This document shows, piece after piece, positions 47,810 to 60,726 of a stretch of 64,000 nt of DNA. Location of the stretch: the NCBI GenBank assembly GCA_964199315.1, contig OZ116698.1:10416001-10480000 (forward strand), read 5' to 3'. The stretch is from Orbicella franksi (lineage: Eukaryota). Both the position numbers and the translations under genes were made by a program. The notes below the pieces were generated by a model. The model saw only the letters and a program-made list of their open reading frames with translations, made no database searches and had not been told where the DNA came from. Position 1 is the stretch's first letter, and the number at the start of each line of letters is the position of its first letter.

Positions 47810-50800
47810 TCACTTTGCAATGAGGGTTTCGCAGTGAGTTAGAAGCTCCTCACAATACCTAGAGTTGAAACAAAAAGGCATTAATTTTTAATCTTTGAAA
47901 ACAACATTGACAATAATTCAAGATTGAAGAAATTATACACATATTTTTAAATACCTGGCCACTCGGTGTTTGTGCCTAACAATGTCGAGTTGTTCTTTAA
48001 GAAGCAGAGGTTGTACATGTGCAGCTTCTTTTAATACATTTAGCACAGCTTCCTGTGAAGTAAATTATGTATACAGAACAAAATATTGACTTCAATTAGG
48101 AGAGGATAAATAATGACGTAGTATTGACTATAAAGTCAATAGGGAGAAATGTTCACCAATGTTACATCAAATACACACCTGTATAGAAGCTAATGGGTCA
48201 TCAAGATGAACCAGAAGACCCTTGAACATGGCTTGCAGATGTAACTTGTACAAATCACTGTCATAACCTGATGGAAAGGCTCTGAGGGAAAAAACAATTA
48301 ATAATAAAATTGTTTACTATGTACAGCATTAGAAAAAGGAACACAAACAGCAAGCAGGACAGTCACAAACATGAGCTCCCACATGGTGGTTTGAACCCCG
48401 AAACAGTTAGTTCTCAGGCTGGTGAGAATCCTGTGAAGGACCTTGTCAATGGTAACTGAGTAGTTTGATAGCTTGAGCGAAAGTTGCCAAAACATTAGTC
48501 ACTGACAACTGTCCATTTTCAAGACAATTAAACTTACTCCTACAATGACATTCTTGACACATAGTGCCATTTCCAAGCTAACTGCTAGTTAACTAATTAC
48601 AAATTGTTACTGAATGACATTTGCTGGCATACTCCAGCACATAATTGTATGATTCACATTCCTATCATTTGTTTGTGTAAAAGACAAGTTATTTGTTAAT
48701 ACACACTTGTTTTCACAAGTAATCTCATAATTATTAATAATCTCATTAATTATTGATAATCATAATTAAGTGGGAGATCTGTCAATTGGCACCTACCCTC
48801 CATTAGAATACTGCTTATCGACAAGTTAATACACAATAATATGAAGACCTCATTTACAGGATGTCCAGCACTCACTTAAAATAAGCAAAAAATGTTCTTG
48901 TGACAACAATCCGTATCTCATCACTACTATCATCCATTCTCTTCAGCAACTCTGGGTAAACTTGATGAAGCATATCCGCTGAAAATGCAAAACAACATAT
49001 CTATTTTTTTTATAAGGAAATCAAAATTATAACTTTGCTGTAATTCACAATCAGCTTCGTCAGCCATGCCAATCAAAATGATACAAAAAAAAAGAAAAAA
49101 TTAAAAGTACCAGTAAAACTATCTTTGTAGGACAGCAGTAACCTCTGCAGAGCTTTACATGATACAAGTCTTGTGGTTTGGTTGTGGTCTTCCAGGCAAG
49201 TTGTGAGCTGCAACAGCAAAAATTAACTGCTTTAAAGAGATTTTGAGACACTCTAAATTGAACAAAGTGTGAATATCGTATATCCTCGAATTGGTGCCTC
49301 CCCCCCCCCCCTTAAATAAGAGCCCCCTTTGAAAAAGCGCCCCTCCTACTGGCCAAAATTTAAAATAAGTGCCCCCCTCGAATAAGCGCCACCCTTCCCT
49401 CCCCCCATTTTGTGGATGAGTGATGGGACAACAAGGATGTATGGTTTTCATCGTGTAGTATTAGATTTGTACGTTGTTTCAGTTTGTGAACATGTTAAGC
49501 TTGGGAAAAAATTACAAGTACTAATGGTGCCGCAATTTAAACTTCAGGATCAGCTTTTTATGTTGATAAACAGCTGATGTTGTTGTTTACACACAGGTGA
49601 TGTACTGTATATTTAAAAAAATGATCATGTCAGGCCACGATTTGGGAAAATTAAATAAGAGCCCCCTCGAATACACCCCCACCCCGTCTTCTCCAAAATT
49701 TAAAATAAGAGCCCCAGGCACTAATTTGAGGATTTACAGTATAATTGTTATAATTATGAGCTCCTCTGAATTACAGTGTACTACAGAGACTGTGCCATTT
49801 GTAACAAGCAATAGAGTAAGATGGTCATTGGCTATGTTAAGTTGAGGAAGATGACGTTGGTTACTTAAAAAGGAATTTATAGAATGATTTAACTGCATTT
49901 AGCTTCTTTTCTAATTAATATTTGTTTACTGTACGTACCTGAGTTAGGAGATCTTTCATTATCAATTCAGCATCTGTAGAAGACAGTAAGTTTGACTGCA
50001 GTAAAGCCCAAAGACAGGAGATAGATGCAGAGCGGACAGCAGCAGCAGTCCTGAAAACAACCATGAATCCAAAACTGAAATTGTTTCTTACTGGCCCAAC
50101 AATAAATCGAATTTATTTAATCTCAATGAGTTCCATTTTTGGGCTATCAGAAAATTGAATGTTGATGGAAAGGATGTTCATTATGATCAGGGCAAGAATA
50201 TGGGCAAAGATGAGGTTGATGATGAAGATACCTCTCAACTAAAGCTGTTCTTACCGATACTACTACCAGTTAACAAGCTAAATGTTAGTCAGACATGAAC
50301 ATCATGACAAAGAAAGTACCTACCTTCCTGCTTGCCAAACACAGTTAGGGATGATGAGTTTCTGCACTACATGTACTGAATATGAACTGAATGCTTTCTC
50401 TGAGTCCACTGACTGGGGAGCACTCATCAGAAGACGAGACAGCAATGAAAACATCCTGGAAATGGAAGAATGCGAACATTAATATTGTTGCACACATTCG
50501 TCAAATTATGAGCAAGGCAACAATATTTTTTTACAATTTACAAACCATAGTTAATAGATGGGAATCGTTATGAGGCCCAGCAAACATCGAAGGACAAACA
50601 AAGATGACAAGGGTTATGTTGGAGGGTCCATGTGATGACCATGCACAATCTTTTGTTTTGCGGTCATGCACTATGCCTGAATTATGTAACCAAATTGTTT
50701 CTATTGGTTTGTTCCTCTGTCAGAAGGTAGCAACTATAATTGTGTTTTGCCCCTGTCAAGGCCAATAAAAGCAAACAAAAACACACAACAAAGAACTTTG

Positions 50801-53800
50801 TCACATTTCATCAGCATTCCCCTCTATTAACTATGTAAAAACCAATAAATAAAGGTTCTGTTGTTAACCCATGAAGCTAATGGACTGCACAATGGTTGCA
50901 CAAAAATGGGTTATTGACAAAAGACACTTTATGTTAGTCTTCAGGAGTTTATAATTATTGAGTAAATAATAATTATTAGGAAAGTTTGTTACTGATTACA
51001 TCTCTAACTGATATGTAGGTACAACAGCAATAATTTGATCTCTTACTTAAGTCTTAGTTCAGGATCTTTTTTCAGACTGTCTAAACTCTCTGTGAAGATA
51101 TCCATGGCATCTCCAAGATGCTGACCAATAACTGGTCCAGATTCTGTTGACAAAACGTCAAACAGGCGACACTCTGGAGAGTGGTGAGTCCAAGAGCTGT
51201 AGTTCCCCTAAAACAACAATTTAAAAAAATAAAGACTATAGCTGCATGCATATGTACATGAGTTTATTATTACTCTTAATTCCAACACATTGAACAGAAA
51301 GGACTTGAAGCACAATAATAGGAATTTGAAGCTTTCATTGATTACAAAGGTTGAATCAAAGGAATGTAATGTGTAAATAGAGCTCTGTGTCTCCAGTCCT
51401 GTAATTCCTGTGGTTACTACATACTACAATAGGAAATCAAGTGACTGTCTAATACCTTTTTCTACAGCTTTAGAGGATTAGATATTTCATTATTACGAAC
51501 TTACTTTTAGCTTTTTTAGGAATTCCTGGATATGACTTTCATACAGCTTATTTATATTATCCAAGCTTTGAGCTGTGGCCAGTTTGATTAACACAGTATT
51601 CACCTGTTATAATAAAACACCACAAAAGAAACAATTCGTAAAAAATTGCAATGAAAACAACCTTGGGTCTTACATTCTCTGATATCCGCTTAATCTTCCT
51701 TGTCTTTATCACTTCTGGAAGATCAACCATTTTAAATTGACATTTCAAAAACTAAATTATTACAAAATTGTCTTCAGTGATTAAGTGAAATATCTTCCCT
51801 CAGACAGTACCTCTTGATCAAGGCTTCCCTGTGGTTGTAGTGCCATCACATGTATCACCACATAGAACAAAGTGAAACTGTGTTCACCGCTCTTTTCACC
51901 AGCCTTGTCTATAACTGCCAAGACAGTTGCCAAGAGATGGCGCTGGCATGGCAAATGTTCTGTGCAGCAGATGTCTGGTAGGGCAATTGTGTCACAGATA
52001 GCCTATGGCAGAGATCAGCAAGAGTTCAAAGATGTTATGCCTCATTCTTTTAACATGGTTCAACTAAGACAAACATGTTTTACCATCACATAAAAGTTAC
52101 AATTTGTAGTGTTTCCAGACAACAAAGTAACATATGATAATAAGATGCTACATCAGCTCTGCTGATCACACATTTTTTGTCATAGGTCTGCAATGTGTCT
52201 GCTCCTTGAATGGGACAGGTTGTTCTCATTCTGGCCACAATCAAACATACTTGTACCTTGAGATGAGGTTTGAGCAGCTGTGGATTGCACCCTCTTAATA
52301 ACGCAGCTACTATCATCAAACAGCTGCTGCAGCCAGTTGCCGAGCTGCCTGCTGCTGACTTGAGGTGAGGAAGAGCAAGCTTACAGAATAATCCAGGATC
52401 AACAAAACAACCAGCTAGTTCAGCACTTGATACAACCTTAACAATGAACAAAGGATATGGTACTCAGGCCAGATGTTGGGGTAGTACAGTTCAACTGAGA
52501 TTTGAAATTCTTTTGAAATTCAATTCAAACAAAAGTTAGTTGTGTGATAGAGCAGGTGGGGTCAAAACGTACATAGCGTATTATAAACATAGCCACTGCA
52601 ACTTAATGCAAATCTCCTCTGTCAGCTTTTTAGTGGACAGCATTATCATCATCATCATTCATTCATTCATTTATTCATTCATTTTATATAAAACTCAGTA
52701 AAAATCTTCAGTAATTATCAGTAGCACAGGTATTCAAGAGCTACACATTGCAGGACTTCTATTTTGTAAGGGAGATTTGGATAAAAGGGTTAATAGTATA
52801 CTGACAGGCTTTGATGATGAGCTATGTTTGAACTTGCAATCAAAACATTTCACAACAGAGGAACAATATACTATACAGTCATGTAGCTTGTTTGAGTATC
52901 TTTCAATAAAATGTTAATCTGCACATGGCACAGCAGAGGTTTCCAGTTATCCCAATAAATGTTTATTACCTGTTTCACAACTTGCTCATTTTCATCTTGG
53001 CTAGCCTTGTACAGCCCTTGTAGCAATATTTCCATGTGCTGTGTTGTGTTATCCTCGGCATAAAGCAGTAAGAAATAAACTAATGATGAAGCCTGTCAAA
53101 GGACAGAAAAAAAAACAATATAAAATGATACTAAAGAAAACATTATTTGAAAGTAATATATATCAAACACGAGAGAGAGTGTTTTATTGGAATATCCGAA
53201 CACTGAGAAGAGAGCTGAAAATACAATGAGCAGTGGAGTACATTTGTTGAAATTTGAGGTGTTTGGATAGCCAATGAAACACTGTCTTGAGTGTTTGTCA
53301 ATCAAAACTAAAACTAAGGAGTAAATGGAGAAGTAAAATCGTCAAATGTATGCTAATTAAGATGGGGGTATCCAAACCTGCATCACGGTTGTGATTTTCT
53401 TTGCTTTAACTTGATGAATTATTAATGAGTTTGAGAATGAGTAATAAAGCACTGTACATTAGCACGAGCAAAACTATCTTGAACGAATAGAAGACATTAC
53501 TGACACTGAATATTCATACTACATGTACATGTACTCCCATTAAACTATATTAACTACGTTAGCAGGGCTGTCATTAATTTTGAGTCACCTGTAGCCTCAT
53601 TCTCCACACCCGTAGCAAACTTATTACTTTGTGGTTGAATGCTATCAACAACAGGCAATTTCAACCGTAGCACCAAGGGAAAATCAAGCATACTTTTCAT
53701 AACATTTGAGCGAAAAGCAAGTCCTCTGTTACCTTAATCCTTGTGTCAGTGGTCCAATCTGCCATATCACGTAAAGCAGCAGGTAAAATTTTGGAAAGGT

Positions 53801-56800
53801 TCCTTTGAACCAACATCCTGCATCCTAGACTGGGCCGCTCTATATCTACCAAACACAGAAGATAAAAAAAATGCCTGGCTGACAATGGCGAGAAAACAAA
53901 AATAATGTATTCACAGTCAATGAATACCTGTTGGAAGTCTATAGCTGGGAAGTTCCTCAAAATTCATTTTGTCCTTTAATTCTTCTTCATTTTCTAATGC
54001 ATATTTCTCACCAACCTGTGACAAAATGTAAAATGTGTTTAGTCTTTACCTGGTGTTTTTGAAGGGATTGGCACAGATACATTTTCATTTCAGATGACAC
54101 AATCATTTAGTCTGTAGACTGGCATATTACTGACCACTGTAAAAGAAAGTAGAACTTAAAAGTCTAGTAACTGAAATCACATAGTCACATAACATCTTTT
54201 GTTTTTTCTTTGTTCATCTTTTTGTTCATATAAATTTAGCCTGGTTGTAAGTTAAGTTTGATCTATTGGCTAAGTACTTTTTGAGATACATGAGAGGGAA
54301 GAGGGAGTACAAAGAGCCCATACCCCAGAGTCATGACTGAAAAAAAGGCCAAGGCTGAAAAGGGTCATGTGATGGCAAGTTACATATTAATTTTTCAGTC
54401 CCCCTTCCCTGGATCAACTTACATATCAACTTATCAGTTAAAAGAAAGTAGAACTTAAAAGTCTAGTAACTGAAATCATCAAAGCAGCATCAACATACAG
54501 TGTATATTAATTATGCAGCAGTGCACGACAACATTTGAATTATTATAAATTTATACTGAGATTGAACTTTTATTAATGTTACTGTATAAATCATGTACCT
54601 TGCTCATAAGCTCTTTTGCCAGCCTCTGAATGTCAGGTAACTCATCAGAAAGGCCAGTCATCAACAATGGCAACAGTTTATGGAAATATGAATATCTATT
54701 AAATATAAGAAGGATATTTAGTCACATAACTATTAACTAAACAGTAGTTATCAGTAAGATTATTAAATAATTACACTATATGAGGGCTAATTTTATACCC
54801 CTCTTTGCACTCTAGAGCTTCAACTTCTGCCTCCACCTCCACACTTACTCTGTTACATGACCTACCTATCTCGAAGATTTAACAGCCAATCACCTACAAT
54901 GCCCGTCACAGCAGCTCTGACTGTAGGAGCACTGTCAAATGTTCTCTGAGCAAGGTGCGAGACCACATCATCCACATTTTTACCATCGCCACAATTAATC
55001 ACAATTCCTAAGGTCTAAAAAGAACAAATTACAAAATCAACAGTAAGTGTGCACTGTTATAATGTAACAGTGTTCTCAGAGCATGGGTAAGATGGACCTG
55101 AGATAACAAAATAATATAGTTACTGTCTGTGGTGCTCTTACTACAGAATAAATGTATGATAAGGCCTGATGTTAACAAATTGTATAATTTTAACAGTTAA
55201 AAACAGATATATGTATGCCTTGTAGTTAGACCATCTTCATCAATTTATAAGCTAAGGATTGATAATACAAGCATATAAAATAAGCAATAAAATCAAACGT
55301 TCAGTAATTTGTGAGTTGCAATGATGCCAATATTGAGTTCAAATTGGAAATGATTAATAAAAATAAACTTTAAAAAAAGGTAAATAACAGTGTTTTATTA
55401 TATGGAGAAGAGTGTTTTACTGGGAACTAAACCACTCGTAGATTCCATACACCACTTCATCCGGGACCTGAGTGGCATATTTTCCGTATGTCACCTTTGT
55501 GAGTGTCGCATTGTTCAATGACGTCACGATTCCCACCTTTTGCTTTTGTTGAATTGGTTTCTCCATATAATAAAAAGAACATTACATGTTGGCTCGAAGA
55601 TATGAATTTTATGTTCTCGTGGCAAGAACAATATCTCACAAGTGAGCTTCGCTCACTCGTGAGATATTATTCTTGCCACGAGAACATAAAATTCATATCT
55701 TCTCGCCACCGTGTAATATCCTCTATGTACTTCATGTGCAAAGTGATACACTCTACCATCATATACTCCCTGGTAAATTAGCTTGCAATGGGCAAAAGAG
55801 AACTGAGATGAAACATCAATGTTACGCTTACCTTTATACAGGACACTCTGACTTTTGAGTGTTGATGAGAGAGAGACTTCAGTAGAGGATTCACTAAAGA
55901 ATTAGCTTGAAAGTAAAACTGGTCAGGAACTGCTGTAGCCAAAATGTTAGTGCAGCGACAGCTCTCCTGTAACAAGGCAAAGAGACAGTTATCCCTAACA
56001 GTATGTGGTAACAGTGAAGTCTGTATCAGGACGAAGAGACAATACTGCTAAATTATAACTTTAAATCATCTTTTGTTTTTTCTTTGTTCATCTTTTTGTT
56101 CATATAAATTTAGCCTGGTTGTAAGTTAAGTTTGATCTATCGGCTAAGTACTTTTTGAGATGCATGAGAGGGAAGAGGGAGTACAAAGAGCCCATACCCC
56201 AGAGACTGAAAAAAAGGCCAAGGCTGAAAAGGGTCATGTGATGGCAAGTTACGTATTAATTTTTCAGTCCCCCTTCCCTGGATCAACTTACACGTTAACT
56301 TATCGGTTAACACCTCATAGAAATCTTGAGCTCATAATCTAATAATTATTAGTGAGGTTTCTTAAAATCAGTTCAATTTATTAATAACTGCTCTGACTCA
56401 CCTTCCTAACATCATGAAATGGATCAACAAGTGTTCTCTGAAGAATTTTAATCATGTCATCTATATATGCACCAACTTTTTCCCGACATATCTCGACAAC
56501 AGAACACAGCATTTCAACTATATAGAGCCTCAGTTCCTCACAAGACTCCACAATTTCTGGCTGGCCTAATCTTTGGACCACGGTCGGAATTATGTAGGGT
56601 AGAAACCGTGACAAGTCTGTTACTTGCTTTGCAAATCTGAAATGACAAAAAAAAATCTGAAATTTAGAAACCAGAAACTCCTTGTCTTTAGACACTGGAT
56701 CACTATAGACCTGATATTTCTTTTGAGTTTGTTGTAAGTGCTTGTCCTTGCTCAGCCTGCCAATAGTTTTTGACAGGGTTCTCCAGTTTTCCATTTATCA

Positions 56801-57987
56801 CAAAGCCAACATTTATAAATTCCAATTTGATTGGGAATCTGAGGGCCATTATGTGCTACCCTCATTAAGCAAATTAACCAATTGCAACGAATAGACCATG
56901 TATGGCAAAGTCTGCATATGAGTCAAGTGACCCATCAGGCAGCCAGTGCTTATCTCTGGTTTCAATAGCATGAAGCAACTAGGAGTATTTCTTACCCCCT
57001 CCTAGATAGGATGCTGGTCCATCGAAGGGTTACCCCCAGTATTAAATTCGCTGGTACCCATTTGTACACCTGGGTAGAGAGAGGCACTGTGAGAGTAAAG
57101 TGTCTTGCCCAAGAACACAACACAATGTCCCTGGCCAGGGCTCGAACGCGAACCACTCAATCCTGAGGCGAGCACACTAACCATGAGGCTACCTTGCCTC
57201 CACTAATAGACCATGTAGTACACATATATAGTTTGATATGAACTCAATATTATTATCACGACTAGTCAGTTACTCACTCAGAAACCACCTGCACAGCAAG
57301 TTCTCTACATTTTTCAGTTAAGTCTGAGAACAGTTTTAAAATGGGTTTTAAGATTTCTTCAAAAGCAACTTGCAGTACTGAAGCCGAGAACTTTGTTTTC
57401 TTAGAAAATAGTTCTTTTGAAATTTTCTCCAGAGCTCTCTTTCTTGTGCCTCTGTTGTCATCTGATAAACAGTTGATGTCTCTTTGAAGGCTCTACAGTG
57501 CATGGATGAAAGAAATCAAATAACAATATTACTTATAAGAGTCTTAATAATACAAGATATATAGCTGCAAATGTAGCAGGAACCTCTGTGCATATGCACA
57601 ATCACTGGTCAGAAGTAACACTAATCCCAAACCAACAACATCTGCCGTAACCTCATATAAGTTAATCAATTAACTTGCAATGATTATTGACAAGTAGTCT
57701 ATATTTGCTTCACTTTACTTTAGATCTATTTACAGTCGCACACAAGACGTTTTGTTATCAAATCTACAACAGCTGTCTGATGCACGTTGTCGTTGCCAAG
57801 GAGTAGTGTTTTGTCACACAGTGTCACATACAGCAGACAGCTCTTTGCTACATAGATAGAAGGCTACCCCTCGACCACTTTTCAGTCTACGAGGCTTCAA
57901 AGTTAAAAGGATAATACGTTACTTAATACTAACCTGCAATAGCGCTTCCAGAGTTTCTTTCTCCGTAGCACTCAAATCTGCCGCCAT
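47810..57987 (-). CDS. DNAAF5: Dynein axonemal assembly factor 5 (HEATR2)
   Basis: Exons read include 57987-57934, 57492-57278, 56636-56402 and the last exon 47858-47810. Not every internal exon boundary was fixed. Diagnostic segments: [95 protein letters not shown]. Confidence 0.95.
49274..49741. mobile_element. Tc1/pogo-like MITE (TA-ended TIRs, internal AATAAGNGCCCC repeats), interrupted by unrelated sequence
   Basis: TATCGTATATCCTCGAATTGGTGCC ... GGCACTAATTTGAGGATTTACAGTA. Confidence 0.6.
53150..53432. repeat. Probable interspersed repeat in a DNAAF5 intron
   Basis: Non-coding block (ATATATCAAACACGAGAGAGAGTGTTTT..GGATAGCCAATGAAACACTGTCTTGAGTGTTTG) recognised from memory as a coral-type repeat. 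Only one copy is in the window. Confidence 0.4.
54193..54441. repeat. Local duplication of about 245 bp; second copy 56067-56310
   Basis: Near-identical direct copies (a few substitutions and one 5-bp indel). The first sits between perfect 40-bp direct repeats 54140-54179 and 54439-54478. Confidence 0.92.
55579..55719. repeat. 141-bp near-perfect palindrome at one end of an interspersed repeat (about 55385-55726)
   Basis: Arms GAAGATATGAATTTTATGTTCTCGTGGCAAGAA.AATATCTCAC.AGTGAGC. Apex GTGAGCTTCGCTCAC, which reads GCGAAGC on the minus strand. Confidence 0.9.
56907..57201 (-). mobile_element. tRNA-derived SINE, near full length
   Basis: Reverse complement of the 60421-60726 element, including the 5' tRNA-like part (TAGCCTCATGGTTAGTGTGCTC..GGTTCGCGTTCGAGCCC). 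Confidence 0.88.
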
Positions 57988-58289
57988 CTTGAAATTCTGG
58001 TGAATGATTCCGATCCCCACTAGGATGGGTTGGGGTTAGTGGGAAGGATTGAAATATTTAAATTGTATTTTCATATACTCGTATTTTTCCCTCACCAAGA
58101 CGAAGGGATCCAATATAAAATTTAAATTTATTCATTTTTCGTGAACAGTACGAGATGAGCTATAAAAAAAAATAGCTTTCAAGCTTTCAAGCTCTAAATT
58201 AGTTTCTACAGGGGTAGGGTAGGTATGAAAAGGAACTGAGATTTTCCTCTCCAGGATGCTTTGCGCAGTTTACGCAGACACAAAACAAG

Positions 58290-60359
58290 ATGGCTTCCAG
58301 AAAGATTGAAACAATCATTCCCTCGTCAAACTCTCCGATTCCGGAACCAAGAAGCGGCCATAGATGTGGATCTGACGATGGAAACATCTATGTGTTTGGT
58401 GGTTATTCTCCGCATTACGAAGATTACCTTTTTCGCGAATTGTGGCGTTTCAACATAGGTACAAAGACGTGGCAGTTGTTGGAGACCACTGGTCCATTTC
58501 CCAGTGAAGTCGCGTCTAGTTGTCTTGTACTAGACAAGGGCAATCTGATTGTTTTCGGTGGTTCTGGAGTGCCCTTTGGTATGTGTAATAGCAAAAAGCT
58601 TCACGTCTGTTCCCTGAGGAGACTGCAGTGGTTTGATTTGTCGGAAAGATACTCCAGCAAAGAGGAAAACGACGGAGAAGATGTCTCGCCGATCGCTGGT
58701 TATGGTCAAAGTATGGTTATTTCCCGTGACAAAGAACTGTACGTCTTTGGTGGAACAACAGGACTGGAATTTAACTCGTATTTGTATCGTTACAGTCTTT
58801 TTAAGCAGACCTGGGATTATTTAAAAGGAGATAACCCTCCGGTACCGCGTTACAGACATGAATTGGTTTGCGACGAAGATCCCTTAAATGGTGAAAGGTT
58901 TTATGTGATCGGTGGAGGTATGAGTAGCAGAGACCCCGATGAGTTCTTTCAACTAGAGAAAATTCAATCTTTCAGTTTTGCTAGTGGAAGGTGGAACGAG
59001 CATGTATGCCGTCCGTCTAAAGCTCATGGTTTTCCAAAACGTCGAAGATGCCATGGGTGTGTAATTTTTAATTCGATCGTGTACATATGTGGAGGTTATG
59101 ATGGTGCTCATATGTTTGATGATATATGGAGCCTTGATCTGGCGACCTTTCAGTGGGAAAAACTTCCAAAGGTAACTTAAACTTGGACATTCATTACACT
59201 TTCATGTATTCAGTGCCATGAACTTTAGAGTTAGTGTTTAAGCAGAGAAAAGAAAAGACAAGAAAAGAAAAAACATTATAAATGTATGTTTTCTGGTTAA
59301 ATGTTACCTTTGGTACAATTTGTATTTTACTTTGTTTTATGTATGTAGTAGTAATTGGGCCGAGTGGACTACAATCCAGCGAGTAATCGCGCGAGTGATT
59401 TCAAAATTGGTCAAGCGCAAAGCGCGAGGCCGATTTGAAATTACAAGCATGATTACTCCCTCAATTGTACAACATGAAGTCCAATTACTAATAAATCGTA
59501 TTCATAACAAATTTCAGAATATAAAATGTCTTTTGAGAACTTATTTTGAGCAAAAACATCTACAGCGCTTTTCAAAAGTTTAAAAAACTGTACGAAACAT
59601 TGCGAAGGAAGCCATTAAAGTGCACGCAATTGACATGTGAATCACATGGGTATTCAATTACAAAAAGTTCAAATTGGATACCTGTAATTGGACACCCACG
59701 TGATCGCGTTCCGATTACATGGCAAATAGGCACGCAGAGAACCAATCGCGATCAAGAATTTCATTATAGATACGATTATTATGACAATACATTACCATAC
59801 AACAAAACAAAGGAAAATCCAAATGTGAACCGAGGGTAAAATAGACCATTTTACAGTTGTCTGTTTAGTTACCTGGCCTTTGAATGGCAGCGAGGCTGCA
59901 GGTGGCCTCATTGCTTTTATTGTGTAAATCAAGTTGTTCTTGTGCTAACTAGTTGGCATTTAAATGAGAAAGCAGAGACTGAGAGGTCTGTATCAAAGCA
60001 AGGTCACCTCAAGCCTCGCTTGCATTCATAGGCCTAAGTCTACCTATTTTAGGTGAAACATGCTGAATAACTGTGCTGTTGTGTCTTTGTTGTAACTGCA
60101 GATTCTGCCATATCATGTGTATTTTCACTCAGCTACAGTGACTCCATCAGGCTGCATGTATGTTTTTGGTGGTGTGAAGGCCATCAATTCCAATGAAGAC
60201 ACACGATCTAATGACATCTTCAAGCTGTGGTTGACATTGCCCTCACTTGCAGAGAGGTCTTGGGAAGTCATAACTAGTTGTCTACAAGGAAAGAGAGCTT
60301 TTCTTCCAGATCTGAAAAAACTTGGAATTCCGCAGCATTTTTTGGATAGACTGAAGTGA
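58290..60359 (+). CDS. KLHDC10: Kelch domain-containing protein 10, 379 aa
   Basis: Exons 58290-59171 and 60102-60359 (1140 nt). PRSGHRC..IYVFGGY..LFRELWR, VFGGSG.PFG, YGQSM..LYVFGGTTG, PRYRHE, FPKRRRCHGCV..ICGGY.G, VYFHSA.VTP.GCMY.FGGV, LGIP..FLDRLK. Confidence 0.93.
59349..59490. repeat. 142-bp imperfect palindrome at one end of an interspersed repeat (about 59349-59780)
   Basis: TAGTAATTGG..TACAAT..GAGTAATC..ATTTCAAA / TTTGAAAT..GATTACTC..ATTGTA..CCAATTACTA. Apex GCGCAAAGCGC at 59415-59425. Confidence 0.8.
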
Positions 60360-60420
60360 TGTACTATTTTAACAAGTTCACTTGCCCAGACTAAGAAGTG
60401 GCTTCACTATCTTTCTAAGT

Positions 60421-60726
60421 GGGAGGCGTGGTGGCCTCATGGTTAGTGTGCTCGTCTCCAGAACAAACAGTCCGGGTTTGAGCCCTGGCCAGGGACATTG
60501 TGTTGTTTTCTTAGGCAAGACACTTAACTCTCACAGTGCCTCTCTCCACCCAGCTGTATAAATGGGTACCGGCGAATTTAATGCCGGAGTTAACCCTGCG
60601 ATGGACTGGCATCCAACCCAGGGGGGAGTAGAAATACTCCTGGTCGCTTCATGCTACAGAAACCTGGATAAGCCCCAGCCCTATTAGCCACTTGGCTCGT
60701 ATGCAGACTTTACCTTTTTTTTACCT
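60421..60726 (+). mobile_element. tRNA-derived SINE, full length
   Basis: A-box-like TGGCCTCATGG, B-box-like GGTTTGAGCCC, body shared with two other copies in the window, and a TTTACC-type repeated tail. Confidence 0.88.

Noticed and set aside
60421-60495. tRNA gene
   Set aside because: A- and B-box-like motifs are present but there is no complete cloverleaf, and it runs into a body repeated three times in the window: a SINE head.
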